From positions 3,906,001 to 3,970,000 of the forward strand of contig JAYWIR010000001.1 in assembly GCA_036172245.1 (NCBI GenBank): a stretch of DNA of 64,000 nt, read 5' to 3'. Positions 49,382 to 63,960 of the stretch are shown piece by piece. Position 1 is the first letter of the stretch. Each line of letters opens with the position of its first letter. The notes under the pieces are model-generated. The model was not told where the DNA came from, ran no database searches, and saw nothing but the letters and a program-made list of their open reading frames with translations. Source of the DNA: Raillietiella orientalis (Eukaryota). The position numbers were made by a program, and so were the translations under genes.

Positions 49382-51416
49382 ATGGAGAAACGAAAGGAAA
49401 AATCACGCAATGTGGCTCGATATCGAAGAACCCTGGAATCTGAAGTATTCAGTGAATTATGTGAACTTCTCCCCGTGCCACTAGATACAAACAACCAGTT
49501 AGACAAAGCAGCCATTGTTTGTTTGACTATTTCGTTTTTCATTTTAAAAAGTAGTCCTATATGCAATCTGTGCCTCGAAATTCCATCAGTTTGCAAAGTT
49601 AATCATGATGATCAGGAAAAGTACAATTGTGTTAAACAAAGATATGAAATTTTTCAAGATGGATTAGCACAAAGTTGCATGTCTGCGGTAGATGGCTTTA
49701 TCATGATCTTGTCTGCTAATGGACGTATTGTATTTGTTTCTGAAACTGTTAAACAGTATTTGGGGATGGCTCAGTTTGATCTGATTGGTCAGAATATTTA
49801 TGAATTCAGTCATCCTTGTGATCATGAACGTCTCAGTGAAGTTTTACAGCTTCATTGTGTAAATTGCAAGGTTTCTGAGAATGCGATCAATTTCTTTCTG
49901 AGATTTAAGTCAACATTAGTCAATAATGGACGCAGTGTAAACATGAAATCAGCATCCTATAGAGTATTGCATTGCACAGGTCATGCAATTGTTAGAAGTG
50001 AAAAGTGCAAGAGTAGGTGTCTGATTCTTATGGCACAAGCAATCATACCTTCGTTCTCAGCTGAACTTCCTCTGAGCATTGGTGTTGTTGTAACATGTCA
50101 CAGCTTGGACATGAAATTTCAAAATGTGGAAAAAAAGTGAGTTGCTAGAAATTGTATCATATTAATGATGATTGTAGCATGATGAACTTTATGCAATATA
50201 ATGCAGACCAGCTTGAGGGTCAGTCTTTCTATCATTATTTTCACCCTTTGGATCAAAGTCACCTGGCAAGCAGTTTTCAAGCTTGTAAGAATGCCACAGC
50301 TTGTACACCATGATATGACATTGCTATGTTAGTATACATTTACCATCAGATAGAGACAGAGTGCTACCGTTTCCTGTGCCATGGTGGTGGGTTTTGCTGG
50401 TTGACAACCAAAGCTGTTATTTATCAAAACAAGAATTCCAAATTAGAAAACATTATATGTATTCATAATATAATCAGGTAGTCTAGTAATAATTATTATG
50501 AATGAATTTATTTCTTTCAGTGATATCCAGAGCCCAGGAGAAAGCTGGTCTATATACCAGAATAGTTTGAACCAAAGGAGTTCTCAAGTTGATGGTTCAG
50601 TAGAACAAGAGCAACATTTTTTATTCCCTGGAGATAATGCCCACATGGCTACCAGTTCCATAATAGCACAAAAGACAGATGACATGAGCAAAGGATTTTT
50701 GGTATTTCCTGATGATGACTTAGCATCACCAGGTTAGTTGCATACTTCATGTGGGTTGTTCTACAGGACCATTTCAGTATTGAGGGACTCTGTGGAGGAA
50801 AAGGACCTTGCTTGTTTGGCCCCCAGCATTGATAATGACATTTGTATTCCCATTGATTGGTCAGAATGGCATACCTTTGATGATGAGAGCATGCAAATTG
50901 ATCACAATATATGTAAACAGGTATGTGCTCTTGTCTTTAAAACTTCTCTAGTTAGACATGTAGGTGCCACCTTGCATTAAGAATATGGCAGAGTTAGCTC
51001 ATCAGAGAAAGAGGTAAGGTTATCAAGATGTGGTTCATTATCTGTAATATTACTTTAAGAGGTGCCAGTGCTTTTTCCCATGCTAGCCTTGTGGATAGTG
51101 ACTGTGACTTATCCAAACTGTTGAAAATGTATTCAGTAGAATCAGATATTTGTGCGTATTGGAAAGAAAAGAACTTTAGGACAGTTTGCACTCAGACTGT
51201 GTGCCCAGAAATGTGTGACTCATGCACTTCACCAATTCCTGTTTTGGAAAATGATAATTATAAGCTTTCATTTTAAAAAGATCCATGATAATGGACAGTT
51301 TGATGCATAATATCTTATTGAGTGACGAAAACAGCTGCATCTTAGTTACTTTAGGTAATTTCATATATTCTTCTTAAGGTGATGTAGATGTATCATTTGC
51401 CCAGCAAGTTCTGTGA
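49382..51416 (+). CDS. HIF1A: Hypoxia-inducible factor alpha-like bHLH-PAS protein (divergent)
   Basis: bHLH 'RKEKSRNVARYRRTLESEVFSEL...LDKAAIV'; PAS-A 'FVSETVKQYLG..QFDLIGQNIYEFSHPCDH'; PAS-B exons; 'DMSKGFLVF'; ODD motif 'DLACLAP'. 3' exon structure uncertain. Confidence 0.88.
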
Positions 51417-52422
51417 TAAATGATATAAGTGAACTGTGCAAAGTAATTTTGTCATACAAAATAAATTGAAATTTATTTTCTTTATTTTTAAAATTAATCG
51501 TATTTTTGTATATATTTTTAATGTCAGTATGTAGTCTTTTTCTGATTTTGGAGCAATCTTGAAACAAATTATTATTGGGATGTCCTTGCCAATTGCTGAG
51601 TTTTACAAGCTTAAATGAACATTTGAATGTGACATTTGCTCATATTCTTTGCAAAGAAAAATGAAATACTTTCTACTGAATAAAAATAAGTAGCCATTCA
51701 CTGAACAAGGAGGATTTGATCATAATTTAATTATTGTGTATTGTGAATGTGAATATGGACATCAGTTCTAATCAAATTACCTCTCATTCCAAATTGGCAA
51801 TTTGAGATTGATTAACACATGAGTTTTTGAAAAATTCTTTGGAAAATAAGGGTCAGAAAAACATATGCATACAATATTGTAAAATATTAGGAAAATTGGA
51901 GACATTGGCTTTATGCTAGATTTTTTATCAAGTTCCAATGATTGTTTAAGAAACACCTCTTGTACGAGTTGATATAGAATCGCAAAGTTGAGCAGGACTA
52001 GTTTCATTATCATTAACATTATTTACCTGGAGACAACCAGCATGAAATGGAGAATATGAAAGTAACTAGTAAACATGCAATTTGCTTAATGCACCTGCAG
52101 TGGTAAATGAAAGCAAGTTCCAATACTTCTGGTTTTGGTAGCATTTGCATGCAAGTGAACTGAAGCAGTTTCAATCTTGATAGATGGGACTCTCATCTTT
52201 ATTGTTAGTGACCAAAGGCTGAGCAATAGAAAAATGTTCTTGTTAGTAAAACGTGCATCCTGATTTAGTGAACATACTAAGCATATATAATCCTGTTTTA
52301 CACATTAGGTAAACATGTGTGTTGCAATGAAAGCAAACTAAAGTAAACTTGTAAATTTTTTTGAATCTCAATCCTGATTTGTTTAAATTTAGTGAATTAA
52401 ATGAACTCTCCGAATTAGCTCT

Positions 52423-55400
52423 TCAAGAAGATTCTTTATTCAGTGCATCTAATTTTGTCCATTTCTCACTAGTCAGCCATAACCATTTAGCAGTATCTGA
52501 ATTTGACGCTATTTTTGAAACCGGAGATTCTTCAAAATCATCTCTGAAATATAGACACGTCTGGCTTTTTACAAGCTATCAAGATTACTTATAGTATTTC
52601 CCTGAGCAATCCTGAAGAGAAGGTTGAAGTGCTACATAAAGCACTGGTTGTGCACCTTGATGTGGATTTTTGGCAAATAAATTGATGAATGGAACAATCA
52701 GGTGCTTTGTAATCACGTTCTTGTAGAGTGGAATATGTCTTGTGATGTTGGTAGCTACAAATCCAGGATGCACTGCATGGACAGATACTCCAGAGCCTGC
52801 GGTATCTTTTGAATTGACAACATATGACAACATTCTGTACCATTTAAACGTTTCGCCAGTTCTTGGGTAAACAAAACATTAGCTAATTTGCTCTGATTGT
52901 AGGCATCTGTCTTATTGTAATGTCTACTATAATTCAGGTCTTCAAAGTTAATTTTACCCTGCAAGTGAGCATCACTGGTAACATTTATGATTCGGCTCGG
53001 GGCAGATTTCTAAACAAATAAAATATTTACAGTCATTAATACATATATATGTTTCAGAAAACATTTTGTAAACTTCTCAAATAACATGCAATCTGGAATA
53101 GTTTGAGTAATTTAATAGAAAATCAAATACATTACGAAGAAATGTAAATAAGCAGTAAAATAGGATGAATATAAAAACTATAAATAGGTCTTGTGATATG
53201 TATAATTGCAGAATTCTTTTTTCATAGTCTGTGATCAAAGTTTATGAAGATAGACTAAACCTCATTATACATGAAAAATGTGCTAAACACCTATACATAA
53301 GATGAGTACCAACTAATGAGAAATACATCTTTGCACAGTAGTACATTTAAAGAATCAGTTCTACAAACAAACAATGCCAATGAAAAATTCCAAACTATTG
53401 TTCCGAATTTAGTAGAGAAATGAAATCATCATGGGTGAAACACAATCTGACTGTTGTGAATAACAGAAGTAATTATTTTTAATTTTGGATAAATGTAAAT
53501 CATAGGCAAAAAATAAAAACAAACAAACAAAATCACAAAAAGTTTGTAAACAAGTACTCTAAATTGATTTTGGTTCATCAGGTATGGCATGATGATGAGA
53601 ATGAATCACATAGCATGGAAGTGAAACAAAATGGTATTCCATGCAGTTGAGTACCATTTTGTTCACACTGTCATAAAAGTCAACTTTTATGCCAATAAAA
53701 GTTGCAATTTAAATTTTCATGGGCTTGCAATGCAATTTCCATAAGCTATCTGATTTAATAAGTGGGAAAAAATGCTTTCCATAATATGAAATAAATAATT
53801 AAAAATTGTTTTGAGCATGAGGATAATTCTCTAAAATTACTTGGATCTATATAACCATCCAATGCATTATGTGTCTTAACTGATGGAGCAGTTTAAAGCC
53901 TTTAATTGAATAAAAAATAATTAGCCAAGGCTGAATATTACCATCATTCATCATATATAAGTTTATACACAGTTACCTTCATAATATCCAAAACCAAATT
54001 TGTAAGCAGGAAATGGGCCATGTGATTAATACCTAAGTGCAGTTCTATTCCTTCTTTGGTGAACTGTTGTGGACAATGCATTACACCAGCATTGTTTATT
54101 AACAGATGCAGTTCCGATGATTCTATGATGCAAGACAAGAATACTAAGTAGCAGTATGGATTTACATTTTAAAATTGAAATTTCAGAAACCATACAAAAT
54201 CCATAAAAAACGTAAGATTGAAATTTATCTCCCCCAAAACACAAAAGTTGGTCCATTAACTTCAGACTCTGAAACATTTTTATCTAGCAGAATGTCAAAC
54301 AGCAATCAAATGAAAACAAATTCGAACATATTTAAAAATTAAAATATTATTCAAATAAAGGTCATACTTAACTTTAAAACAAATACTTTTATCATTTTCT
54401 TGGAAATGCATGAACTACAAGACATCTTTGCAATATCTGTTTGTTACATAGAAACTCTAAATTATTATGAAGAGTCCCTAAAAAATTTCATGGTTGACAA
54501 ATACATGAAATATTTCCAAAATACAATCAAGGAAATGAAGATTTTAATTTTCTATCCCACTTACTAAACTACATGAAAAACGAATATGCAAAAGAATAAT
54601 AAAAAGGTAAAAACAAATCGAAAGTACAGTTTTTGATTCATTTTTTCTGTTAATCTTTCAATACTTAAATTTCAATACGTGAATTAGCAAGGCAATAATC
54701 TGAGAGAGAAGTGTAAAAGTTTACTTTACTAGCACAAATTTCAATTTTAATGAAGTTATAAGTATTCTTTGAATTCTGCTAAAAAATCATCATTTTAACA
54801 TGCAAATCAAATAGCCTCTTCTGACAATATATTTCTGTACATGTACTGGTGTCAGCATTTGATCTATAGCTCTAAAAAGTGTAACAAATTCCATCTCTTT
54901 GCGATCTATGCAAGAAGTTCATGAACCTCATTGCTGATGATGCCTTAAACTTTCAACTTAAGTTTTAGGCACCTAAAATGTCTATTACTCTGAAGTGTTT
55001 CATAAAACATGTAAACCTGCATAATAAAAATACATGCTCAAATTGAATTGAATTGAATTTATAACAGTACTGTACTGTTATAAATTCAAGAAAAAAATTC
55101 CTAATCCAACTTTTGCTTTACCTTTCCAAGTATTAAGGACTATATTTAAATACATATAAAATGCCTGAAATGAAAATACTGCATCAGCAAACAAACATAT
55201 GCACACCTTTTTTAAAACGTTTGACAAAGGTATGAATACTTTCTTGTGAAGCCAAATCACAATGTCGACAATACACATATTTATTTCTGGTACTAAGAAC
55301 AATTCTTTGGCGGACATTTTCACATTGCTTTCTATCACGGCATAACAAAAAAACTTTAGCTCCCAATTTGGCTAATTCTGTGGCCACTTCTTTGCCAATG

Positions 55401-56469
55401 CCTGAGTTTGCTCCTGTCACTAATGCTGTTTTGCCTTCCAAGCTTACATTTTCGTTAAATTCCTTAGTTGAGACAAAATACTGCCTGAAAATACAATAAA
55501 CCAATTGAATGTTTGTTACAACCAATCCAATTAATAGTAACTTAAGTGTATTTACAAAATGCATGCAATGTCTAATTAATGCAAAGAAGTGGCATTAATC
55601 CATGAGAGGAAACACCAAGAACCCATTTTGAAAAGATTTATTACCATATATTGTTTCCATTTAGTATCTAAATCTTTAATGTATATTTTGAATTCTGAAG
55701 CTATGCCGTTTTCTAAGTAATATTTTCAAAGTTAAGCCAAAGATAATTTGGAGTTGCAAAAACTTCATTATCAAGTACATTAAGAATACTCTGTGTCATT
55801 AAAGTATACTATCAGAAGTTATGAAAACAAAATTCCAAAAATCTAATTAAGTTTCTCTTCCATTGTAATTTATATGAATTTAATTTTTAATAAGAAAATA
55901 CATCTTTCCTATGCATTTCAGAAAGAAAGTGTGCCACATCAGAATGCCAGGCTGCAGACAGTAAAATGAGTCGACTTTTTAAATGCATGTAACATAGCTG
56001 CTTAAAATATTTGCGCATGTTGCTAAAGCCCAAAATCATTATTCAAACAATCTGTGCCATATAACTATAACTAACTGCATCTCATTTTTCCCAATAATTA
56101 CAAATTATATCAAAAATTGTGAGAATCCGTAACAGTTATAAAATTATGGTTAGTTGCACATTTCTGATGTAAAGATATTACAACATAAGTATGCAATTGT
56201 CACAACCCAATGACAACCCAAACATTCTGAACATCTTTTATTAAAAATCTGCTTAAAACTAGTTTGCATTTCCATGTACATGTGCTTTTTTTGAGGAACA
56301 ATATTTTTTTCAATTTTGGCATATCAATACTTATGCTAGCACTTGCATTGTAAGTCAGTCTTGAGATGTTCAATATAATAAACCGATACCTCAATAATAC
56401 TTCACATCCAATTGCTCCACCACAAGCACTGAGCAACACCATAACCTTGTTCAAACTCAACTTAAACAT
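52423..56469 (-). CDS. Retinol dehydrogenase 11-14-like short-chain dehydrogenase (RDH13-like), 6 exons
   Basis: 'TGANSGIG', 'LINNAGVM', 'YNQSKLAN' (YxxxK), 'HPGFVAT', '[11 protein letters not shown]'; hydrophobic first exon 56469-56389. Confidence 0.93.
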
Positions 56470-57099
56470 CAAAAATGACTACCACGGCCAGGAAACTTTA
56501 CTGGTATCTCAACTTTCTACATTGGCACTTATTTCTGAAAATTGAATACTTAAATATAAAGGTTTATTTTATTTTATTTTATTTTAAGGGTAAATTTATT
56601 AGCACTTCAATCTAAAGATTGCTTTTGAATGAAAAAACAGATGTACTCCATTTCGTTGGAAAGCTATTTTGTTGAATTAACCTTTGCTTGTATTTCGAAA
56701 CATTGCATGAATTTTGCTTCGATCCATGATTTCTACTCCGTTAACTTATCATTAATTAGAAACAATTCATATCATTTGATGTACAGTTTTTAACGACTTT
56801 CAATACCGATCACTTGGCTTTCACGAATGTTCTTCCTGCACCTTATCTGAAACTACCGTATAAAAACTGCTTGTGACACAACGTGTGAAAGGGTGCTTTG
56901 TGATGTGTAAACTTTCATCAACTGGAAAAGTCTGAGCATCCTCAGATTCCTCCCACTGTTTTTCAAATGTTATCGTTACGAGATTCTTGCTAAATTTACA
57001 TTTTCTAGTGAACAAAAGGCAAAACGGTTTGTCATTCGGAGAACAAACGTTTGTTAGTTCTTCGGCATCTCCCTTGAGAAGACCACTCTGAGGCGAACG

Positions 57100-60000
57100 G
57101 TTTGTTTGTTTCGTTTGTTGTAGGGTGCCCGAGCACTTTCCAAAGACACTGTGCCCAGGACCGACAAGCAGAAGGGTAAATTTATTTAAAAGCTACTGGA
57201 ATGTACATAACAACAAGAATCTCTCAATCACAGCAGACACTATCGTCTTTGTGATCCAAACTTGTTTTCCACTATATTGAGCGTTGATGTTCCAAGTCTA
57301 GTCAGGATTTGATCACTGGGTCACTGACTTCTGTTCACTAGGTGTCTTGGGGCGTCCTGTTCACATGGGAGTATCTTCGATTTCCTCAAGATGTGGAGAT
57401 ACATACAGGCTGGTATTCGACCATAGTTCGTAATGCCAATCTTCCTCTGAATGACTCCTTTGAGGACTGCCATAGAAATCTTTGGCAGGCGATACTCTTC
57501 CTGTTTTCCATTGCTTTGCCCTTCATATCATAATGCTTGTGATGAAGAGAGAGCTCTCTGTACGCACCATAGGGTTGTATCGGAGAACGTTGCTGTCCTC
57601 ATCAAACATTTCAGTAAGGATTGTCATCCTTTAGTTCGCCTGAAGGCCTGTCACCGTCTTCAGGGTTGTCCAGGGTTGTCTAGCGCAGCGTTGACCAGGT
57701 GAAATCCAGTTGTCACGCGTTCTTCGATGCCACAGAGTGTTTCACCGACTTCATCCGGGTCCCGTCTTGTTCTCTCGAGCACACAAGAGTTTGAGTCTAA
57801 CCCGCAGTTTGAACTCCCTCTACAGAAGCTTCCTTTAAGTCTGTTCTACGTCCATCTGGGTCTTCTTGTCCATTCGGCAGAAGGCCACTCCGTAGAGCAC
57901 CTTGAAAAGTAAAACGCCGTTCCACAAGTTGGTCCTCTCTGCAAGATGAAATCTACCAGCTGCTTTGCTGCTTGTTCTCTTGCTTTCCGTAGGCTTTGTT
58001 TTCACAAAATCTGTGCAGCTGAAGCATCGCTGATTTTGATTTTCAGGTTCTTGATGTCTTCTACCTCTCGAAATCCTTTCTTCGTTAATGTGGAGAGGCC
58101 CACGATTCCGATGTGTGTGATTTCCGGGCGTTGATCTTCAAGCCCAGCGCCTTCTCCATGGACTCTACTACACCGAGGAAAGCATGCTGATCTCTCTCGT
58201 CCTTCAGGAAGAAAAAATCGTCCTTATGCTCCAGACGAGTCAGTCTGTTTTCGTCGATCGTGATTCTTTAAAGGCAACCGTGCTATCGATCCACGACGAC
58301 ATAGCTCCCATGTAGATGACGAACAGTATCGGACTGAGGGTCTTGGAAAAATTCCTCTCTCCAACCGGATTACCTCCATATGCTTCTCGCTGATCGAAAT
58401 TTTGAAATACTGCTCTTCGAGTACACTCTTCAGGTACTGGCTAAAGAATCCCTGGGAACCGAGTTTCCTTAGTTTCTTCAGCAGCATCTCGCGGTCTGCA
58501 GAACGCCTTCTCCATATCCGTGAAGCACAGCACCAGTTCTTTGCTGATGTACCGGCTGTAGCCGATGGTGGCCTGAATCTACTTCTCATTGCCAGACGTG
58601 AGGAGTCCGGGCACCATGCAGGTCTGTGTTGGAGAGATTTCTGATGGTAAAACCATCCCTCCTCTGCTGACTTAGATCTTGGTCTGCCACTTGGCATTCG
58701 AGCTGAGGATGGAGATTGGCTTCCATTGGGTAGCCTTCATCAGTTCGCCTCCCTTGAACAGCAATCTCATCCTGCTTCTGCAGAATGAAACTGGAAGCCT
58801 CTACTTTTCCTGGATGCATAGAGCAAGTTCGTGGAAGAGATACAGGTATTACCGATGTATATACCGCTGATAGTGGAATATTGGCACACCGTCGGGACTT
58901 GCCTCCATAGAGATTTCCTCATGGAGCTGAGCTTTTTGTCCTTGGCTTAATAATCTGTGCAGCTGACGTAGGGTGGCCTTCTGCTCCGTGGGCACAGATC
59001 TCGTCGCTGGAAGTGAGAAATGTACTGCTTATGGAAAGCTTCCACGAATCCTTTTGAGTGTGCCTAACTTGGTCGTCCTACTGACTGCTGCAGACATCAG
59101 TGGAGTTCAACATGCCGGCTTTCCCTTTGATGCTTCGAAAGATGTACTGCCTATCGTACTATCCCAGTACTTCGAGAGGGAGCGGGCATGGATGTTGAGT
59201 TCTCGGTAAACTTCCCGCCTCTTTCCTCATCTTACTTCTTCCATGCTGCATGTTGCATAACGCGTGAGTGGTGTGTTTCAACCTATCCCAGTCATTGACT
59301 GCGGATGGTAGGCATCCCGCACATTTGCCTCCATGAGATGGTGGCGGGGAAGCCTTTCGAACCGGTAGAGCATGCAGATGAGCGCCACCCTCGTGCACCT
59401 CTTCCAAGTATTCTCGGCCTTCATAATAAACTACATCAGAAGCTGATCCGAAAGCAGTCTGTGCATCTCAGGTTCCTGAACGCGGCTGTCTAAGTCCTCG
59501 CAGTATAGAATGAGGTCGATCGCTTGGGGCTCTCTGTTAGTCACAGCCGTCTGAATTTCTCGGACAGTCACCGGTACGCCATCTTTCCTCGGGAACCCTT
59601 GGACTGGGTGACTCTTCCAAAATATTGAAATTACCCACGACAATGAAGATATCCTCGGATACGGCCTTGATGCACAGAAGCTCTGGCCCATACGCGTTCG
59701 CCAAGAATAGGGCAGGTTTCCGAATCCCGACGATTCGGTCGAACTATGGAGAAAAACGCTTCGAGGATGATGCACACGATCTCGTTCTTCACAAAAAATC
59801 ACCACCTCTTCTCTTCGTCTTGATCCTGCCAGTTCTGAGGAACAGTTTGGCTTTCAGTCTACGTTCGAGTTCAAGGCCGATCCAATGGTCCATGGAGTGA
59901 GTTCCCTGCCGACGCACGATCAATGGTGCGCGTGATATGTCTTCGTTTCTCTTGGTTCCACAACCCGTTGATGTTCCAGGAAGTAGTGGTGTTGAGGCTT

Positions 60001-60520
60001 CTAGTGAAAAACAGGAAGAAAGCAAAGATTATCTCGAGGATTTCCTTCCTTTTTCTTCTGCTTGAGAGACGCTGTTTCTCTCCCCTCCCTCAGATCGGAA
60101 CTCGCTCAGATCGCTCTTCCGACTCGGCAGTCAGTGCTCTCCGTGAGATGCTTCTTCTCCTGGACCAGACGTGCAGTCCGCGTGGCTTTCGGTGCCAGGA
60201 ATGTCTGTCCAAAACGGAAAGTGTACCTCTCATTAAATTCATTCCATGCACTCTTCAGACACCACCATCTTTGTCCTTACCTCGTCCTGGAGTCGGAGAG
60301 TCGGAGCAGGACCTTCTGCCTCTCTCCCGTGTTATCCAGACGAAATTCTTCGAGTATGGCCGCTTGCTGCTCATACTCCTCCAGCTGCTGCTTCTCTTCC
60401 TCGGTTATGCCGCGGTCAATTGGCGCTTCTGGAGAAGAAAGAGACTCTTCGGTAACTGGCTTCCTTTTTCTTTTTCTTCTTCACCTCGGTGAAGCCTGGG
60501 TCTGAAGTCTCCACATTTTG
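57100..60520 (-). mobile_element. Degraded Ty3/Gypsy-like LTR retrotransposon
   Basis: RT-like 'PRKDGVPVTV...NREP..LYCEDL', broken gag- and integrase-like pieces, AATAAA at the distal end (~57183). Confidence 0.5.
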
Positions 60521-60599
60521 TTGCTGTTCTTTTTCTTGTATCTAGGGAAGCAGAGGTAGCTACTGGGTTACGAGGCACACCAGTACCTCCTGCATTAGT

Positions 60600-61450
60600 G
60601 CTTCATGTATTCCGAGAGCTTGCAGTGGTGGCATTGCGGTGACTTCGTGCGGTCTCGAGTTAGGTGACCTTGCTGGTCACACACAGAACATTTTGCCTTC
60701 GAACAGGCACCGATTTGGTGTCCGGACAGTTTGCAGCCTCACGGTAGGTGATTTGCATCTGGCATTAAGCCAGGACGTTTTGACAGTGAGGGTTGGTGGA
60801 TAGGATTCCCGGAATCCTGGCTACATCAAAGAGCCTGATTTGGATCATCGCCTCGCTGGCGAAGATGCCATCCATGTAGTTGCGGAACTCAGCCTTCTGT
60901 ACTTCGCCGTCCTGGAGGAAGGAGTCCCACAGATCGCATTCATTGATGAGGCAACTGATACTGTCAGAAACAATGTTGTGGTGGAGTTCTCCCCCATCCC
61001 ACGCAGCAGCCGTCCATTGAGCACCATGCCCTGTTCTATAAGCGCAGTTCTTCATCGAGAGTGGACACGGTAAGGGCGCGGGGAACAGTCGCCTCGATTT
61101 TGTTGAAGTCTACATTTTTAGCGTGCAGAGCAACGTAGATGCCTCGCACGTTGGCGAGCAGCAGGATTCTTCGTCACCTGATCTCAGGTTCCTCATCCCA
61201 TATGGGTTTCCTTATTACTCCCCATTTCGAACATGGCGGACCTCGTTCGCGGGTCCATTGCCGCCGCGTCGTTCGGGCACTGTCGGATGCGAAGCTGCCG
61301 CCGCCGATTGAACAGAGGTGACGTCTCTGCGAACGCTGGTGCCGATGGCTCCTTGGAGGTAGACGGCTGGCACACCTCCATTGGCGGTGCGGCTGAAGAC
61401 TGCTGCATCGAAGACGCGTCACGTTACATTGATAACATAAAGGGAAAAAA
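60600..61450 (-). mobile_element. L1/Tx1-like LINE ORF1 remnant
   Basis: 'GEVQK...IPGIL' followed by tandem CCHC knuckles 'CKLSGHQIGAC' and 'CSVCDQQGHL'. Confidence 0.6.
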
Positions 61451-63319
61451 AAGGCAGAGAGAAAGAATCCACCCTTATTATTTCAGTTACAAGTAAGCGG
61501 TTACAAGGTATCACCCAATATTTTTCTTCAGTAACCCTACAGACCTGGGGGAATGCAGTAGTTTGGTGTTTCCCGAGAACTTTTCTCCTATCTCCACGTA
61601 CCAATCAGAGCATCGTTTGACAAAAAAAAACATCTGAAGAAAATATTCCTAATTTGCAATATTTTCCGAGAATGCAATCTTATGCAGTCCGTTGCATGCC
61701 AGTTCTCCTCTCCTGCAATAGTTCCTTCGTCTCATGAGGATTTATTTCCTTGAAACCCGGTCTTTTGGATATTGTTATGCTATGACTGACTAATGAAAGT
61801 ACATTCACCCCCAGGAAACGTATTTTTCACAAAATTCTTCATTAGTAGGTTTTTTTTTTTTTTACAAAGCACTGCTGGGTTGCCACATTGGGTCACAGTG
61901 CTTGGGAACTGGGAGCGAGGTCAAACTCTTTTGAGAACTTTTATTGAAGCTCCTCAGCGTTCTGCTCGCGTCACGGAAGTTACGGTTTTAACAAGGTTTT
62001 GTGCCTCAGGCAATTGGATCTGTTGAAGGAGGTTATCAATGCTGACGTGTTTCTCAAAAGTGCCCTGCAGGTGGCACTCATTGGGAACGGAGGATTTGTA
62101 GCGCACAGGGATTCTTTATCGCACCCACATAATCTCCATTGAAAGATTAACGGACCTACAGTGCCTGAATTGTGAGAACTTTTCCATGAAAATGTTTTTC
62201 ACATGAATCTGAAACGGGGTCATTCCATCCGAACGTCTGATTTTTGAAAATGTTCTCTAATTTAGAAAGCCTCCGCCTTTTCGAGGTTTTCAGGCTGTCC
62301 TTTTCATCAACATTCTGCAGGAGTTTTTTCAGGAAAACTGCTTAGCCCATTTCCTTTTTATTTCCTGCTGAAAGTACAAATTCCTCAATTTTTATGCTGG
62401 CAACAGCAGATGGTTAGGTGATAAGCTATGATTACTACTATAAAAGGCACTAGTTGAATCCTTAGACGGAGAATAGAACTCTGATGCGATATCTACGCAA
62501 ATATCCTATTGAAATGTGTCATTAAAACTCCAAAGCATTGAGATGATGCTGGTGTTCACGAGGAAAGTTTGCCACACTGTACCTGTATCAGGAAAGTTGC
62601 TGAAGAAGCATCAGACTGAATCATATAAAGCTCCTCGGAAATTTCCAAACTTTGCATCAGAGTGTCCTAAGCGCTAAGGGAAAGATGTTTCGCATTAAGG
62701 CTGCTGAATTTTTCATTTTTTTTTAAAAGAGTGCAACTTCATGCCAGATACGAGTTTAGAATCTGATTTCTGTTCTGTGTAACCAAGAAAACGCCTCAAT
62801 AGAATGTTGAAAAAGGCGTACTTTTTGATTATAGAGAATTAACAGTTTTCATACTACTGGGATAGTCAGATCTTATAGATGGAAATCACTCTTGAAAGAG
62901 TTTGTGGGGGTGGGAAAGCTGAAAAGAGTAAAAACTTAAGGATTAATGATTTCCCTCAAAAGAATCCAAAGATAGGAACATCTCACGGACAGGAATTCCT
63001 AAAATTTCAAAGCTCCAATTCAGATTTGGAACCAGTAGAAAGAATGCAGCGAAACAAATCAATATATATATATATATATACATATATATAATAAATAAGC
63101 GTCCAGGGTTTTGTAATTCAGTTCGAAATGTGAAAGATACTTTGTTGTAAGGAAGAGGTCACGGGAAGAGAAACATCGGCGTAGGGGGAGGAGGAAATGA
63201 AATGCAGGAGGACAAAAGGATTCATAACTCGGAATCTGCTGTGCTGACTGACAGAAAGTCCTAACGCCACGAAGTTTAACTTTCTCTAGAATTAGGTTTT
63301 CCATCCTGTTTGTTAGGGC

Positions 63320-63960
63320 ATTTATTATAAAAAATGATAATGAAGACACATTTTTGCGGTAGGAAACGTGGTTCACCATGCACTGAAAAAGCACGTTGAA
63401 CCTGCAAGATACCGGTAAGCAGACCGGCGAGGTCCACCTCGGCAACGGAAGGGGAAGGGAAAACCGAAAACAAACAAATAAAAAAAAGGACATGAAAAAT
63501 TTTTCACAGGTAGGTGGGGAATCGAGGAAGGGATCACAGCTCGCTGCGAGGCGTCCTCTGCATCCTGTGCAGGATACTCGTAGGATTGCTCCGGATGTTG
63601 CCTGGGGGGTCCATCTCTTCGCGGTCCCTCGAGGAGATTCTTGTCCAGTGGATGGCGTCTCTTCCATTCTGGCCTCTTCCTGCGTTCCAGGCCGCCATCA
63701 TCGCTCGAAGGCAGCAAAGAACTGCAAGCGACGTGGCTGGCGGCAGTGTGGCACACAGGAAAAGGCGTAGCAAAATATCCTTGGGGTCGCCCGTCGAGAT
63801 TCAAAGGGTCTTCGCTAGGCGATCTCAAGAGGTCCGGAGGGCAGCACAGTCTAGAAGCAGATGATGCGGGAGGGTTTCCCTCTCCCAACACCTGCCACAG
63901 TTTGAATCCACACTCTTCTGTGTCCAGTGGTGAAGGCGTTCTTTGCATGGGATTAATTCG
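63320..63960 (-). mobile_element. L1/Tx1-like LINE 3' end
   Basis: Zn knuckle 'CGRCWERETLPHHLLLDC', C-terminus 'TSILHRMQRTPRSEL*', T-rich UTR with a ggacctc..ctgct..gtatct motif. Confidence 0.7.
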
